Shown here piece after piece: positions 1-9,616 of a DNA stretch of 34,564 nucleotides (its first letter is position 1; every line of letters starts with the position of its first letter). Source of the stretch: a virus (Duplodnaviria > Caudoviricetes); the IMG/VR virus record IMGVR_UViG_3300037467_001880, positions 1 through 34,564 of that record; one strand, given 5' to 3'. The translations under genes were made by a program, and so were the position numbers. Under the pieces are notes generated by a model. The model worked only from the letters and a program-made list of their open reading frames with translations, was not told the DNA's origin and did no database searches.

Positions 1-3000
1 CTCAACAAGGCCATGATCGGCACGGCCGGCAAGGTCAATCTGGCCGACGTCGAGACAGCGCTGCGCCGCGTGGGCGCGGGCGCGTCCTCGCTGTCGGACG
101 AAGGCCTGGTCAACATGATTGGTCTGATCGACCAGTTCAAGGTCTCGGGCGGCGACGGCGGCTCGGGCGGCGGTGTGTCGACCGTCGGCACGATCGTCAA
201 GATGATGCAGGCCTATGCCACTGGCAAGACCAAGTCGAACAAGGCGGTCGAGGAGTTCGTCGGCGCAGGCATTCTCGACGAAAACGGCCTGGACCTGGGC
301 AAGGACGATGCGCACGTTTTGAAAGACGCCAAGAACGGCAAGTTCAAGAACGTCGAAATGTGGATTCGCGACCCGATTCGGGCCATGCAGGACATGGTGC
401 CGCAGATCGTCGCCTATACCCGCAAGAACAAGAGCAAGTTCTACCAGAACGGCGCGGACGACGCCGACACGCGCAACCAGATGCTGGCGGTTCAGCAGTA
501 CTTGCAAACGCTGGGAATCACACAGTCCGCGGTCCAGGCCGTCACCGCCGTCGGCACGCCCGCCGCGCGCGAGCGTCTTGAGCATCAAGCCGTCACCATC
601 AATCGCGCCGACACGGTCGACCAGACGGCGGACCGCCTGAAGAAAAGCTACACCGGCGAAGTGAAGGCGTTCGGCGCCCAGTTGTACAATTTCAAGATCA
701 TCATCGGCGACACGCTGCTGCCGTCCCTGACCAAGCTGCTGGAATACGCCAGCAAGTTCGTCATCGCGTTCCGCGACTTCGGCCAGAACAACCCTATCGC
801 CACCACCGTCAGTACGCTGGCATCCGGCGTCGGTGGCCTGGTCCTGTCGGTCAAGGGCTTCCTGTCGATGTTCGGCACGGCCGGCTTCATGGGCGTGCTG
901 CGCGCGTTCGTCGGCATCGCGCCGACCGCCGCCGGCGGCGCGGGCGCCATCGCGGGCGGCCTCACGCTGCTCGGCAAGGCGTTCAAGACGCTGGCCGCGG
1001 TCATGCTGGCCTGGGATATCGGCACGATGATCGGCGAGTGGCTGTCTGCGTTCAAGGTGGGCGGCCTGGCGATCGGTCAGTACGTCGAGAACATGTTCAC
1101 GGTGATGGAATACCGCATCAAGAGCCTGATGCTGCTCAGCGAAGAGTGGGCGGCGAAGTCGCGCGGCTTCTTCCACCTGGACGACAAGCGCGAGACGGCC
1201 GGCAAGCTGGCCGACATCGCCGAGCGCCGCGTCGACCTGGAACAGCGCGAAATCTGGATGTGGAGCGATCCGGACGACGGCAAGAAAAAGCCGGCGAAAA
1301 AGACCGCGGCCGCAGGCGCCGAAGCGAAGGTGGGCGCACCGACCCAGAGCGTCAACGACGTCCTGGCCGCGCGTATGAAGGATGCGGCCGCGGGCGCTGG
1401 CCGGCGCAAGGACCGCGATCCGCTGAACCAGGCGCTGGGCGAAGAAGAAGGCAAGATGAATGCCGCCAAGACCAAGCTCGATGCGCTGGTCGCCGGCGGC
1501 GAGACGCTGGAATCGCTGCGCCAGCAGGCGGTCGATCTGGTCGAGGGCAAGCGCAAGGCGGGTGATTATTCGGTCAACCACGACAAGGACAAGAACCCGG
1601 CCGCGGACGACCCGCGCATCAAGAAGCTCAAGGAAGAGACGTTCCAGGCCATGCTCTACAACGAGCAGATCAAGGCCGTCACGTTCGCCAATGAGCGTGT
1701 CGCCGCGAGCGAATTGGAAGCGAACGCTGCCATGAACGCGCTGGAAAACGGCGGTCTGGCCAAGCAGACTGACGCGTTCAAGGCGCTGAGCAAGGAAATG
1801 GAGCGCGCCGAGCAACGTCTGGGCGCCGGCACCGAGGCGTTCCAGAAATGGAATATCGCCAAGGCATCCGCGCTGTACGAGCAGGCGCGCGCCGACGACA
1901 CGACCTTCGCGCTGAGCTACGTCGACAAGAACCGCCAGAGCAAGGCCCAGCTGGCGACGACCGAGCGTGAGCGCATCCGCATGCAGCAGGAGGCGGAACA
2001 TGCGGCCGAGGACGCGCAGATGAAAGCGCGTCGCAGCGCGCTCGACAAGACCTACGAGGACAAGCGCAGCGCCATCTTCGGCGCCACGCTGGGCGACGAC
2101 TCCGGCATCCAGAGCGAGCAGCAGCGCTATGAACTGCTGGATGCGCTGGACGCGAACTACCAGCGCACCAAGGATGACGCCGACAAGCAGTACAGCGAGC
2201 GCCGCAAGCTGCGCGCCGAGGAAGAAGCGCGTGCGCTGGAGTCGGCAACGGCCAATATGGCGCGCGAGTGGAAGGACGTGGGCAAGGCGGTCGACGACAT
2301 CGGCGCTTCGGCCGGCAACAGCTTCGTATCCATGCTGACGAATTCGCTGTCGACCGGCCGCCTGGCGGTGGGCGACTTCATCCGCGGTGTGCTGATGGAT
2401 ATCGCCAATGCCAAGCTGAAGGAAACCCTGGCCGATCCACTCAACGGCGTGATCACGCAGGGTACGGACTGGCTCAAGAACAGCGTGTTCGGCGGTCAGG
2501 GCGCCGGCCAGGCCGCGGCAACCGCCGAGCGCACCAGCGCGGAGATCAGCGCGACCGCGGCCACGACGACGTTCTCGGCCACGATCATGACTGAAGCATT
2601 GCCGGCGTTGCAAATGCTGGCGAGCAGCGCGGCCCAGGCGGCAGGCGGCAGTGTGATCGGTTCGGTGGCCAATTACCTGTTCGCCGACGGCGGCATCATG
2701 ACCAGCATGGGTCCGCTGCAGCTGCGCAAATACGCCAACGGCGGCGTGGCCAACAGCCCGCAAGTGGCGATTTATGGTGAGGCAGGCCCGGAAGCATACG
2801 TGCCGCTGCCGGACGGGCGCACGATCCCGGTCACCATCAACGGTAGCGGTATGGGCGCGGGCAACGTGCAGGTCAACGTGATCAACCAGACGTCCACGTC
2901 GGTCACCGCGCAGCAGGGCGCACCGCGCTTTGATGGCAAGCAAATGATTCTCGACGTGGTACTCACGGCGGCGACTTCCCCGGGCTCATTCCGCTCGGGT

Positions 3001-3021
3001 CTGAAAGAGGCGATGAAATAA
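1..3021 (+). CDS. Phage tail tape measure protein (5'-truncated by the window edge)
   Basis: The frame is open from base 1. The protein is >1000 aa, Ala/Gly-rich and helical, with hydrophobic segments. It has the C-terminal FADGG..YANGG..GEAGPEAYVPL motif typical of tape-measure C-termini and lies directly upstream of tail-tip genes (TAATG overlap). Confidence 0.9.
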   Translation, partial: LNKAMIGTAGKVNLADVETALRRVGAGASSLSDEGLVNMIGLIDQFKVSGGDGGSGGGVSTVGTIVKMMQAYATGKTKSNKAVEEFVGAGILDENGLDLGKDDAHVLKDAKNGKFKNVEMWIRDPIRAMQDMVPQIVAYTRKNKSKFYQNGADDADTRNQMLAVQQYLQTLGITQSAVQAVTAVGTPAARERLEHQAVTINRADTVDQTADRLKKSYTGEVKAFGAQLYNFKIIIGDTLLPSLTKLLEYASKFVIAFRDFGQNNPIATTVSTLASGVGGLVLSVKGFLSMFGTAGFMGVLRAFVGIAPTAAGGAGAIAGGLTLLGKAFKTLAAVMLAWDIGTMIGEWLSAFKVGGLAIGQYVENMFTVMEYRIKSLMLLSEEWAAKSRGFFHLDDKRETAGKLADIAERRVDLEQREIWMWSDPDDGKKKPAKKTAAAGAEAKVGAPTQSVNDVLAARMKDAAAGAGRRKDRDPLNQALGEEEGKMNAAKTKLDALVAGGETLESLRQQAVDLVEGKRKAGDYSVNHDKDKNPAADDPRIKKLKEETFQAMLYNEQIKAVTFANERVAASELEANAAMNALENGGLAKQTDAFKALSKEMERAEQRLGAGTEAFQKWNIAKASALYEQARADDTTFALSYVDKNRQSKAQLATTERERIRMQQEAEHAAEDAQMKARRSALDKTYEDKRSAIFGATLGDDSGIQSEQQRYELLDALDANYQRTKDDADKQYSERRKLRAEEEARALESATANMAREWKDVGKAVDDIGASAGNSFVSMLTNSLSTGRLAVGDFIRGVLMDIANAKLKETLADPLNGVITQGTDWLKNSVFGGQGAGQAAATAERTSAEISATAATTTFSATIMTEALPALQMLASSAAQAAGGSVIGSVANYLFADGGIMTSMGPLQLRKYANGGVANSPQVAIYGEAGPEAYVPLPDGRTIPVTINGSGMGAGNVQVNVINQTSTSVTAQQGAPRFDGKQMILDVVLTAATSPGSFRSGLKEAMK

Positions 3022-3392
3022 TGACGAATCCGGTTTTCCCCACCCTGGCCCTGACGAAAGGCGGCCAGGATTCGACCCAGTTCTCGATCAAGCCCGAGGA
3101 TGTGGCGATCAAGTCCGAAATCGAGGGTGGCTACGTAACCTCGCGCGCGCGCCACACGCGTACGCCGCGCAAGACCTTCGCGACCGGCTACAAGAGCATT
3201 TCGGACGCCGACCGCCAGGCCCTCGTCGGCTTCTACAACACGGTCGGCGGCGGCTCGGTCATTTTCGACTGGACCGATCCGGTCGATCAGATCACCTATC
3301 AGGTGCGCTTCGACGGCGATCTGACGTTCCGCTACGTGGGCGTGGGCGCGACCAAGCTGTGGGACGTGTCATTCCAGCTGCAGCAGGCGTAA
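3021..3392 (+). CDS. Distal/minor tail protein (lambda gpM-like)
   Basis: 123 aa, coupled to the tape measure, with the F..FY...GG...FDWTDP...VRF pattern. It occupies the gpM position in the H-M-L-K-I-J order. Confidence 0.75.
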   Translation: MTNPVFPTLALTKGGQDSTQFSIKPEDVAIKSEIEGGYVTSRARHTRTPRKTFATGYKSISDADRQALVGFYNTVGGGSVIFDWTDPVDQITYQVRFDGDLTFRYVGVGATKLWDVSFQLQQA

Positions 3393-3402
3393 AGCCGACC
3401 GA

Positions 3403-3432
3403 TTGATCAGTCAGCAGTGACTAACGTATAAT
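3403..3432 (+). promoter_or_regulatory. Sigma70-like promoter (TTGATC-18-TATAAT) with palindromic operator copy 1, AGTCA-gcag-TGACT (3409-3422)
   Basis: Perfect inverted repeat plus a perfect -10 box at 3427-3432 in a 46-bp intergenic gap. The motif recurs at six other gene boundaries. Confidence 0.7.
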
Positions 3433-3438
3433 CGCCGC

Positions 3439-4071
3439 ATGACTACCTCTCTTTCCGTCGCCAGCATCATCGAGAAGAACCGGCTTTCTTCCGAGGTGCC
3501 GTGGCTTATCCTGCTTGATATTGTCGTCGTCGACCCGTCTACGCTGACGACCGTCGAGACCCTGAACCTGGCGCGCAACCCCGACCCGGTGACGTACAAC
3601 GGCGCTACTTACGCGCCGGCGGCGTTCGACATCGAACTCAAGTCGCAGGCTGGCGAGCAGCAGACCATTTCGCTGTCGATCAAGGATTACACCCTGGCCG
3701 TGCAGCAGCGCATGCAGGACTACGGCGGCGGCGTCGGCTTCAACGTCTCCGTCATGGTGGTCAATGCCGGCAATCTGACCCAAAGCCCCGAGGTGATCGA
3801 GTATTTTCAGGTGGTGGGCGCCGAGACGGCAAACTACATCTGCACTTTCACGCTGGGCGCCGAGAACAACATTACCAAGAGCTTCCCGCGCCGGCGCCAG
3901 ACCAAGGACTACTGCCAGTGGCGCTACAAAGGCCAGGAGTGCGGCTACACCGGTTCGATGCCGTCGTGCGATCTGTCGCTCAAGGGTGCCAACGGCTGCG
4001 AGGCACACCAGAACGTCGTGCACTTCGGCGCCTTCCCCGGCATCAATTCGCGCGACACCCGTTATGGCTGA
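3439..4071 (+). CDS. Minor tail / tail tip protein (lambda gpL-like, Fe-S-binding Cys cluster)
   Basis: The C-terminal CQWRYKGQECGY...CD.S...C...N..HFGAFPG segment matches the gpL-type four-Cys motif. Synteny agrees. Confidence 0.85.
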   Translation: MTTSLSVASIIEKNRLSSEVPWLILLDIVVVDPSTLTTVETLNLARNPDPVTYNGATYAPAAFDIELKSQAGEQQTISLSIKDYTLAVQQRMQDYGGGVGFNVSVMVVNAGNLTQSPEVIEYFQVVGAETANYICTFTLGAENNITKSFPRRRQTKDYCQWRYKGQECGYTGSMPSCDLSLKGANGCEAHQNVVHFGAFPGINSRDTRYG

Positions 4072-4435
4072 TTTTTCCGATCTGGTCGGCGTGCCGTTCA
4101 AGTACGGCGGCCGCGGCCTCGACGCGCTCGACTGCTACGGACTGGTGATGGAATGCGCGCGCCGCGAGGGTGTTGACCTGCCCGACTTCGGCTGCGCGAC
4201 CGACCAGCCGACCATCATGGCCATGATGACCGCCAGCCTGCCCCAGTGGCGCCAGATCGAGCCGCGTCACGGCGCGGTGGCGTTCGTCCGGGTCGGCAAA
4301 TACGCCGCGCACGTGGGCTACGTCTTCGGCCCGCATCACATGATTCACGCATGGGAGCCCTCCGGCGGCGTGACGATCGTCCGCCTCGCGGACTGGCAGC
4401 ACCGCATTCTAGGATATTTCGAATATGTCGGCTAA
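4064..4435 (+). CDS. NlpC/P60 tail assembly protein (gpK-like, NlpC domain only)
   Basis: Contains GVPFKYGGR...LDCYGL (catalytic Cys) and HVG...MIHA (His). The ATG at 4064 overlaps the end of the gpL-like gene. Confidence 0.85.
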   Translation: MADFSDLVGVPFKYGGRGLDALDCYGLVMECARREGVDLPDFGCATDQPTIMAMMTASLPQWRQIEPRHGAVAFVRVGKYAAHVGYVFGPHHMIHAWEPSGGVTIVRLADWQHRILGYFEYVG

Positions 4436-7400
4436 GAAACACCGCAACGGCACCAAGCACCCGACGGACGGCAGCGCGCGTCATGTCGCACGCCGTCACA
4501 TGATTCCGGTCATTCGCATTCTGAACCCGTTCGACCCGCGCCAAAAAGAGCGCGGCGAGATCGTCTGGAACGGCCGAAAGACGCTCGCCGACTATTTCCC
4601 GACCGTGACGGCCGAGCCGTTCGTGCTGTCGGTTTCGGGCCGCATCGTGCAGCCGGAGCAGTTTGCCGTCACCTACCTGGACAAGACCGACAACATCGTG
4701 CTGTGCCCGATCCCGGCCGGCGGCGGTGGCGGCAAGCAGGTGCTCGCGACGGTGGCGATGATCGCCGTGGCCATCGCCGCGCCGGAAATCGCGCCGTATC
4801 TGGTGGGCGATTACGGCATCCTGGGCGGCGTGTTGGGTTCTGGCGCACTCGCCACTGGCATTGCCACGGCCGGCATCGTCATGGCCGGCTCCTATCTGGT
4901 CAACACGATCTTTGCCCCGCCAAGGGCGACATCGACGACCGGTAGCACCTCGTCCTCGTACGGCATCGACGGGGCCAAAAACACGTCGGTCGAAGGCATT
5001 CCCGTTCCCGTCACCTACGGCAAGTTTCGCACCGCCGGCAACATCCTGGGGATGTACACGACCAACGACGCCGACGACAACCAGACGCTGTACATGCTGG
5101 TCTCGGCGGGCGAAGGGCCGATCAATTCGATCACCGACATCGAGATCAACGAGAATCCGCTCACGGATTACCATGACGTCGAAGTGCAGACCCGCCTGGG
5201 TGCCGCCAATCAGACCGTGATCGACTGGTTCAACGACACCGTCACGCCTGTCAGCAAGGGCCAGAAGCTCACCACCGACTGGTTTTATTCGACCACGACC
5301 GGCAGCGTCGACAAGCTGCGCCTGGACTTCGCGGCGCCCTCCGGCCTGTGCGAGATTGACGTCAAGAGCGGCAAGACCAATTCGTATTCGGTCGACATCG
5401 AAATCGAATACCGCAAGGTCGGCGACGCCACCTGGGCCAGCATGCCGGTCGTGAACGATATCGCCTCATGGGAAACGGCGACCCAGACCGGCACCGGCTG
5501 GTCCAATTCGTTCGGCCAGACCATCAACGACGCCGCCACGGTCACTTACCTGAACGACGCCGGCGCCACGATCGACAACGGTGACGGCACCATGTCCGGG
5601 CGCTACCCGGTGTACTCGGGCGGCACGACCATCACCGGCAGCAAGCGCAGCGCCGTGCGCCGCTCGTACGGCACCAACCAGCTGCCGGCCGGCGCCTATG
5701 AAATCCGCGTGCGTCGCACGACCGCGAAATCGACCGCCGACAACGTCATCGACGACGTCTACCTGACGGACGTGAACGAGATCACGCTGGACGATATGTC
5801 CTATCCGTACACGGCACTGATCGCGCTCAAGATCAAGATGACCGACCAGCTGTCCGGCCTGCCGAACGTGACGTTCATGCATGGCGGGAAGATGATCAGC
5901 GTGTACGACGGCACCAGCTGGAGCATCACCGCGTCGAACAACCCGGCCTGGATCGTCTGGGACATCCTGACCAACACACGCTACGGCGGCGCCATGCCGA
6001 GCGCGCGCCTGGATCTCGTGGCGTTCAAGGTCTTCGCCGACTATTGCGCCGCACAGGGCATGACGTGGAACGGCCCGATCGAATCCGAAACCAATGTCTG
6101 GGATGCCTGCCAGATGGTGCTGCGCGTCGGCCACAGCCAGCTGGTGCCGTCCGGCACGCGCTATACCGTCATCACGGAAAAGCCCGACACGCCGGTCATG
6201 ATGTTCTCGGTCGCGAACATGATCCAGGGCACGTACAAGGAAACCTGGCTCGGCACCCAGGACCGCGCCAACGAGATCGACGTCACGTTCTTCGACCGGA
6301 CCGACAAGTACAAGCAGCGCACCATCAAGGTCTACGACCCGGTGGCGTTCAGTTCCGGCGCGCCTCAGCGCAACAGTGCGATCACCCTGTACGGTGTGGT
6401 CGATTACGAAACCGCGTATAAGGAAGCGCAGTTCCAGCTGAACCTGAACCGCTACATCCTCAAGACCATCACGTTCGGTGCGCCGCTGGAGGCAATCGCC
6501 TGCCGCGTGGGCGACCTGATCTACGTACAGACCGACCTGACCGACTGGGCGCAGGCCGGGCGCTTCAACGCGGGGTCCACTACGTCGGTCATGAAGCTCG
6601 ACCGCCCTGTCACAATGGCATCGGGCAAGACCTATAACCTCCTGACCATGCGCGACAGCGTGCAGCGCGCATCGGGCAGCGTCACGAGCGTGATCGGCAC
6701 CAGCGTCACGCTGTCCGGCTTCACGCAGGGTGACAGCGTCAAGCGCATCGTCGTGGGCGACCAGGACATCGCCGTCGACGCCACGTTCGGCAACGGGGTG
6801 ATCGTGAAGGACGCGACCGGCATCGTTCCGGGCCAGACCTATGTGCTGTGGGATACCGATGTGATCGAGGAATATCCGGTCGTGGTCGTGGCCGGCACCA
6901 GCGATACCGTCACGCTGCAGACACCGATGAACGCCGCGCCAGCCCAGTTCACCCAGTGGATGTTCGGCGAGGCCGAGCGCGTGAAAAAGCCGTTCCGCAT
7001 CAAGTCGATCACGGGAAGTTCCGAATACCGGCGCGACATCACGGCGATCGAATATCACGCCGAGGTGTACGACAATAGCCGCTACGGCAGCAACGTGGCC
7101 ATGCCGACCGACCCGAACACGCCGATCGGCGCCGTGGGCAACCTGTCCGTCTACGAAGAGACCTACATCGCCGGCGACAACGTCGTGACCAGCGTGGTCG
7201 CCAGCTGGACCGCGTCGACCGTTGGCCTGTACGCCGGCGCGGACGTGTACGTTGAGAAGAATGGCGCCGCGGCCGAGAAGATGTCGAGCGTGAGCAACCG
7301 CACCAGCGCCACCATCAGCGCCAGCCGCGGCGACGTGCTCAAGGTGCGCGTCGTGGCCTACGATGTGTTCGGCAAGCGCAGCCAGTACGAGAGCGCGCCG

Positions 7401-9161
7401 ACCGCGACCTACACCGTGATTGGCGAAGTCTCGGGCATCAACGTCGGCCTGCCGACCGGTGCCGGCTTCGTCTGGTCCGGTCGCGACTGCAAAATCAACT
7501 GGCGTTACAACTCGGTCACGCACAGTTATGAATTCGGCTCGGAACCGACCGGCGCCGACGGCGGCGCGCTCGACCCGCACTTTAAGGACTACGAGGTGCG
7601 CGTGTACGACCAGGACGGCACCACGCTGCGCCGCACCGAGTACACGACCGACAACAGCTATGTCTACATCTACGACAAGAACTTCTCGGACGGCCTGACC
7701 CGCCATCTGGTGTTCCAGATTCGTCAGCGCGACATCTTCAACAATTTGGGCAATCCGGCGATCCTGGAAGCGTCGAATCCCGCGCCGCTGATCACCGGTG
7801 TATCCGTGGTGCCGACGTTCGAATCGGCGACCATCAGCTATACACACAACGGCGACCCGGACTTCGCCGGCGCGCGCCTCTGGCTGTCGCAGAACCAGGC
7901 CAATTTGTCCGGCACGCCGTCCGACAGCTATCTGGTCTACGACGGCCCGGACTCGTCGTTCGTGCTGCCGGGCCTGATGTTCAATGCGCCGTACTACTAC
8001 AAGATCGCCGCGGTCGACGCGTTCGGCCCGACCGAACTCGTGATCGGCAATCTGCAGACGTTCAACACCACCAACCTGAACGTGGCGGCAATCGCCGACG
8101 GCGTTCTGGCCGGTTCGAAACTGATTCCGGTGCTGCAAAGCCGCATCGACTTGATCGACGCCGACAAATTCGTGGCCGGCAGTGTCGATGCGCGCATCGA
8201 CATTCTTCGCAGCGATGTTTTTGACGATCCGGTCAGCGGTCTGCCGGCCGCGCTGGCCCAGATCGCTGACATCAACGACGTGTCGGCCACTTCCAATTCG
8301 GCCAGCGCGCGCGAACTGCATTCGTTGAATGCGCAGGTGAACGATGCCACGACCGGCCTGCCGGCGGCGACGGCGTCGATCAACGCGCTCAACGATGTGT
8401 CGGCCACCAGCACCAGCGCCGCGGCGCAGAGCATCTACCAGCTCACCAGCCGCCTGAACAACGTAGGCGGCGTGACGCTGGAGCAGGCTTACTCGACCAA
8501 TGCGGACAAGGTAGATGGATTGTCCGGTCAATACACGGTCAAAATCGACAATAACGGCTACATCGCCGGTTTCGGCTTGTCCTCGACCACCAGCATCGCC
8601 GGCGACACGACCTCGGAATTCGTGATCAACGCCGACAAGTTCGCCGTGATCATGCCGAGCTACACCGGCATCAAGCCGTTCACGATCGGCGCCGTCAACG
8701 GCACGCCGCGCGTGATCCTGTCCAGCGCGCTGATCGGCGACGCTACGATCTCCAGCGCCGCAATTGGTAGTGCGCAAGTCAACAGTCTCAATATTGCGGG
8801 CGAAGCCGTAACGGTGCCGATCGTGGCCTCGGTGCCGGATACACAGCGGCGCGGCGTGGGTCAAGGCACGTTCACCGTGATCAACGAGGGCTGGATCAGT
8901 CTGAACCAAGCCGGGATGATTTATGTGCTCGTCACGGCCGCGCAGCACTTCCCCGAAAAGAACGACTACTGGACTTTCCAAATCCGCATCGACGGTCAGA
9001 CCTTGCGCGATGTGGGCGGAACCGTCGCACTCGACGCCGTGGCCCTGTCCGTCACGACGGGGCTGACGGCCGGCACGCACCACGTCGAAGTTGCCTGGTC
9101 CAGCACTTCGGCCGTGATGTTGGGTTATTGCGATCTTTTCATGATGGGTGTTAAAAAATGA
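4425..9161 (+). CDS. Central tail fibre / tip attachment protein (gpI-like N-terminus fused to gpJ-like body)
   Basis: 1578 aa. The N-terminal region has the gpI-like P...GGGG + hydrophobic Gly/Ala helix, then IPVPVTYGK, GEGPI..I, SNNPAWIVWDILTN.RYG, FN3-like segments and the C-terminal YTVKID.NGYIAGFGL motif typical of gpJ-family proteins. Confidence 0.9.
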   Translation: MSAKKHRNGTKHPTDGSARHVARRHMIPVIRILNPFDPRQKERGEIVWNGRKTLADYFPTVTAEPFVLSVSGRIVQPEQFAVTYLDKTDNIVLCPIPAGGGGGKQVLATVAMIAVAIAAPEIAPYLVGDYGILGGVLGSGALATGIATAGIVMAGSYLVNTIFAPPRATSTTGSTSSSYGIDGAKNTSVEGIPVPVTYGKFRTAGNILGMYTTNDADDNQTLYMLVSAGEGPINSITDIEINENPLTDYHDVEVQTRLGAANQTVIDWFNDTVTPVSKGQKLTTDWFYSTTTGSVDKLRLDFAAPSGLCEIDVKSGKTNSYSVDIEIEYRKVGDATWASMPVVNDIASWETATQTGTGWSNSFGQTINDAATVTYLNDAGATIDNGDGTMSGRYPVYSGGTTITGSKRSAVRRSYGTNQLPAGAYEIRVRRTTAKSTADNVIDDVYLTDVNEITLDDMSYPYTALIALKIKMTDQLSGLPNVTFMHGGKMISVYDGTSWSITASNNPAWIVWDILTNTRYGGAMPSARLDLVAFKVFADYCAAQGMTWNGPIESETNVWDACQMVLRVGHSQLVPSGTRYTVITEKPDTPVMMFSVANMIQGTYKETWLGTQDRANEIDVTFFDRTDKYKQRTIKVYDPVAFSSGAPQRNSAITLYGVVDYETAYKEAQFQLNLNRYILKTITFGAPLEAIACRVGDLIYVQTDLTDWAQAGRFNAGSTTSVMKLDRPVTMASGKTYNLLTMRDSVQRASGSVTSVIGTSVTLSGFTQGDSVKRIVVGDQDIAVDATFGNGVIVKDATGIVPGQTYVLWDTDVIEEYPVVVVAGTSDTVTLQTPMNAAPAQFTQWMFGEAERVKKPFRIKSITGSSEYRRDITAIEYHAEVYDNSRYGSNVAMPTDPNTPIGAVGNLSVYEETYIAGDNVVTSVVASWTASTVGLYAGADVYVEKNGAAAEKMSSVSNRTSATISASRGDVLKVRVVAYDVFGKRSQYESAPTATYTVIGEVSGINVGLPTGAGFVWSGRDCKINWRYNSVTHSYEFGSEPTGADGGALDPHFKDYEVRVYDQDGTTLRRTEYTTDNSYVYIYDKNFSDGLTRHLVFQIRQRDIFNNLGNPAILEASNPAPLITGVSVVPTFESATISYTHNGDPDFAGARLWLSQNQANLSGTPSDSYLVYDGPDSSFVLPGLMFNAPYYYKIAAVDAFGPTELVIGNLQTFNTTNLNVAAIADGVLAGSKLIPVLQSRIDLIDADKFVAGSVDARIDILRSDVFDDPVSGLPAALAQIADINDVSATSNSASARELHSLNAQVNDATTGLPAATASINALNDVSATSTSAAAQSIYQLTSRLNNVGGVTLEQAYSTNADKVDGLSGQYTVKIDNNGYIAGFGLSSTTSIAGDTTSEFVINADKFAVIMPSYTGIKPFTIGAVNGTPRVILSSALIGDATISSAAIGSAQVNSLNIAGEAVTVPIVASVPDTQRRGVGQGTFTVINEGWISLNQAGMIYVLVTAAQHFPEKNDYWTFQIRIDGQTLRDVGGTVALDAVALSVTTGLTAGTHHVEVAWSSTSAVMLGYCDLFMMGVKK
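8223..8456 (+). repeat. Two tandem 39-aa repeats in the J-like coiled-coil stalk
   Basis: DDPVSGLPAALAQIADINDVSATSNSASARELHSLNAQV versus NDATTGLPAATASINALNDVSATSTSAAAQSIYQLTSRL. Confidence 0.85.
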
Positions 9162-9616
9162 GTATCCAATTCACCGTCTACGACACCGCGACGGGAGCCA
9201 TCCTGCGCACCGGCACCGCGCTGACCGAAGCGTCCGCGCGCCTGCAGGGCAGTGCGCCCGGCACCAGCGTGACGCTAGTCGGTAGCGATCCGTCCACGCA
9301 GATCATCGACACGACGCCCAACGTCATCGATCCGAGCACGCTGCCGCGCCAGGCGATGAACGTGAGCGGCACACTTACCAGCGTGAACAAGACCACGATC
9401 ACCGCCGATGGCGTGGACAGCGTCGTCATTTCCCACATCCCGAATGGCGCCAAGTACGACGTGTACCTGCCGTCGAACCTGGGGCTGGTTCAGCCGCCGG
9501 ATGGCATTGTCTCCGATGGCCAGCTGATCCTGACCACGACTGTCGCCGGCATTTACAGTGTCAAGCTGGCGTACCAAACCTTCCTCGATTTCACGGTGAC
9601 TTTCAATGCGAATTGA
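9158..9616 (+). CDS. Putative tail-associated protein
   Basis: ATGA overlap with the J-like gene. Starts with F.VYD..TG.I, is Thr/Val-rich and beta-like, and uses phage-typical codons. Confidence 0.6.
   Translation: MSIQFTVYDTATGAILRTGTALTEASARLQGSAPGTSVTLVGSDPSTQIIDTTPNVIDPSTLPRQAMNVSGTLTSVNKTTITADGVDSVVISHIPNGAKYDVYLPSNLGLVQPPDGIVSDGQLILTTTVAGIYSVKLAYQTFLDFTVTFNAN

Noticed and set aside
5466-9083. 1205-aa ORF on the - strand
   Set aside because: It is the antisense shadow of the J-like gene, caused by strong GC3 codon bias. The product is Arg/Val/Gly-rich with no motifs.
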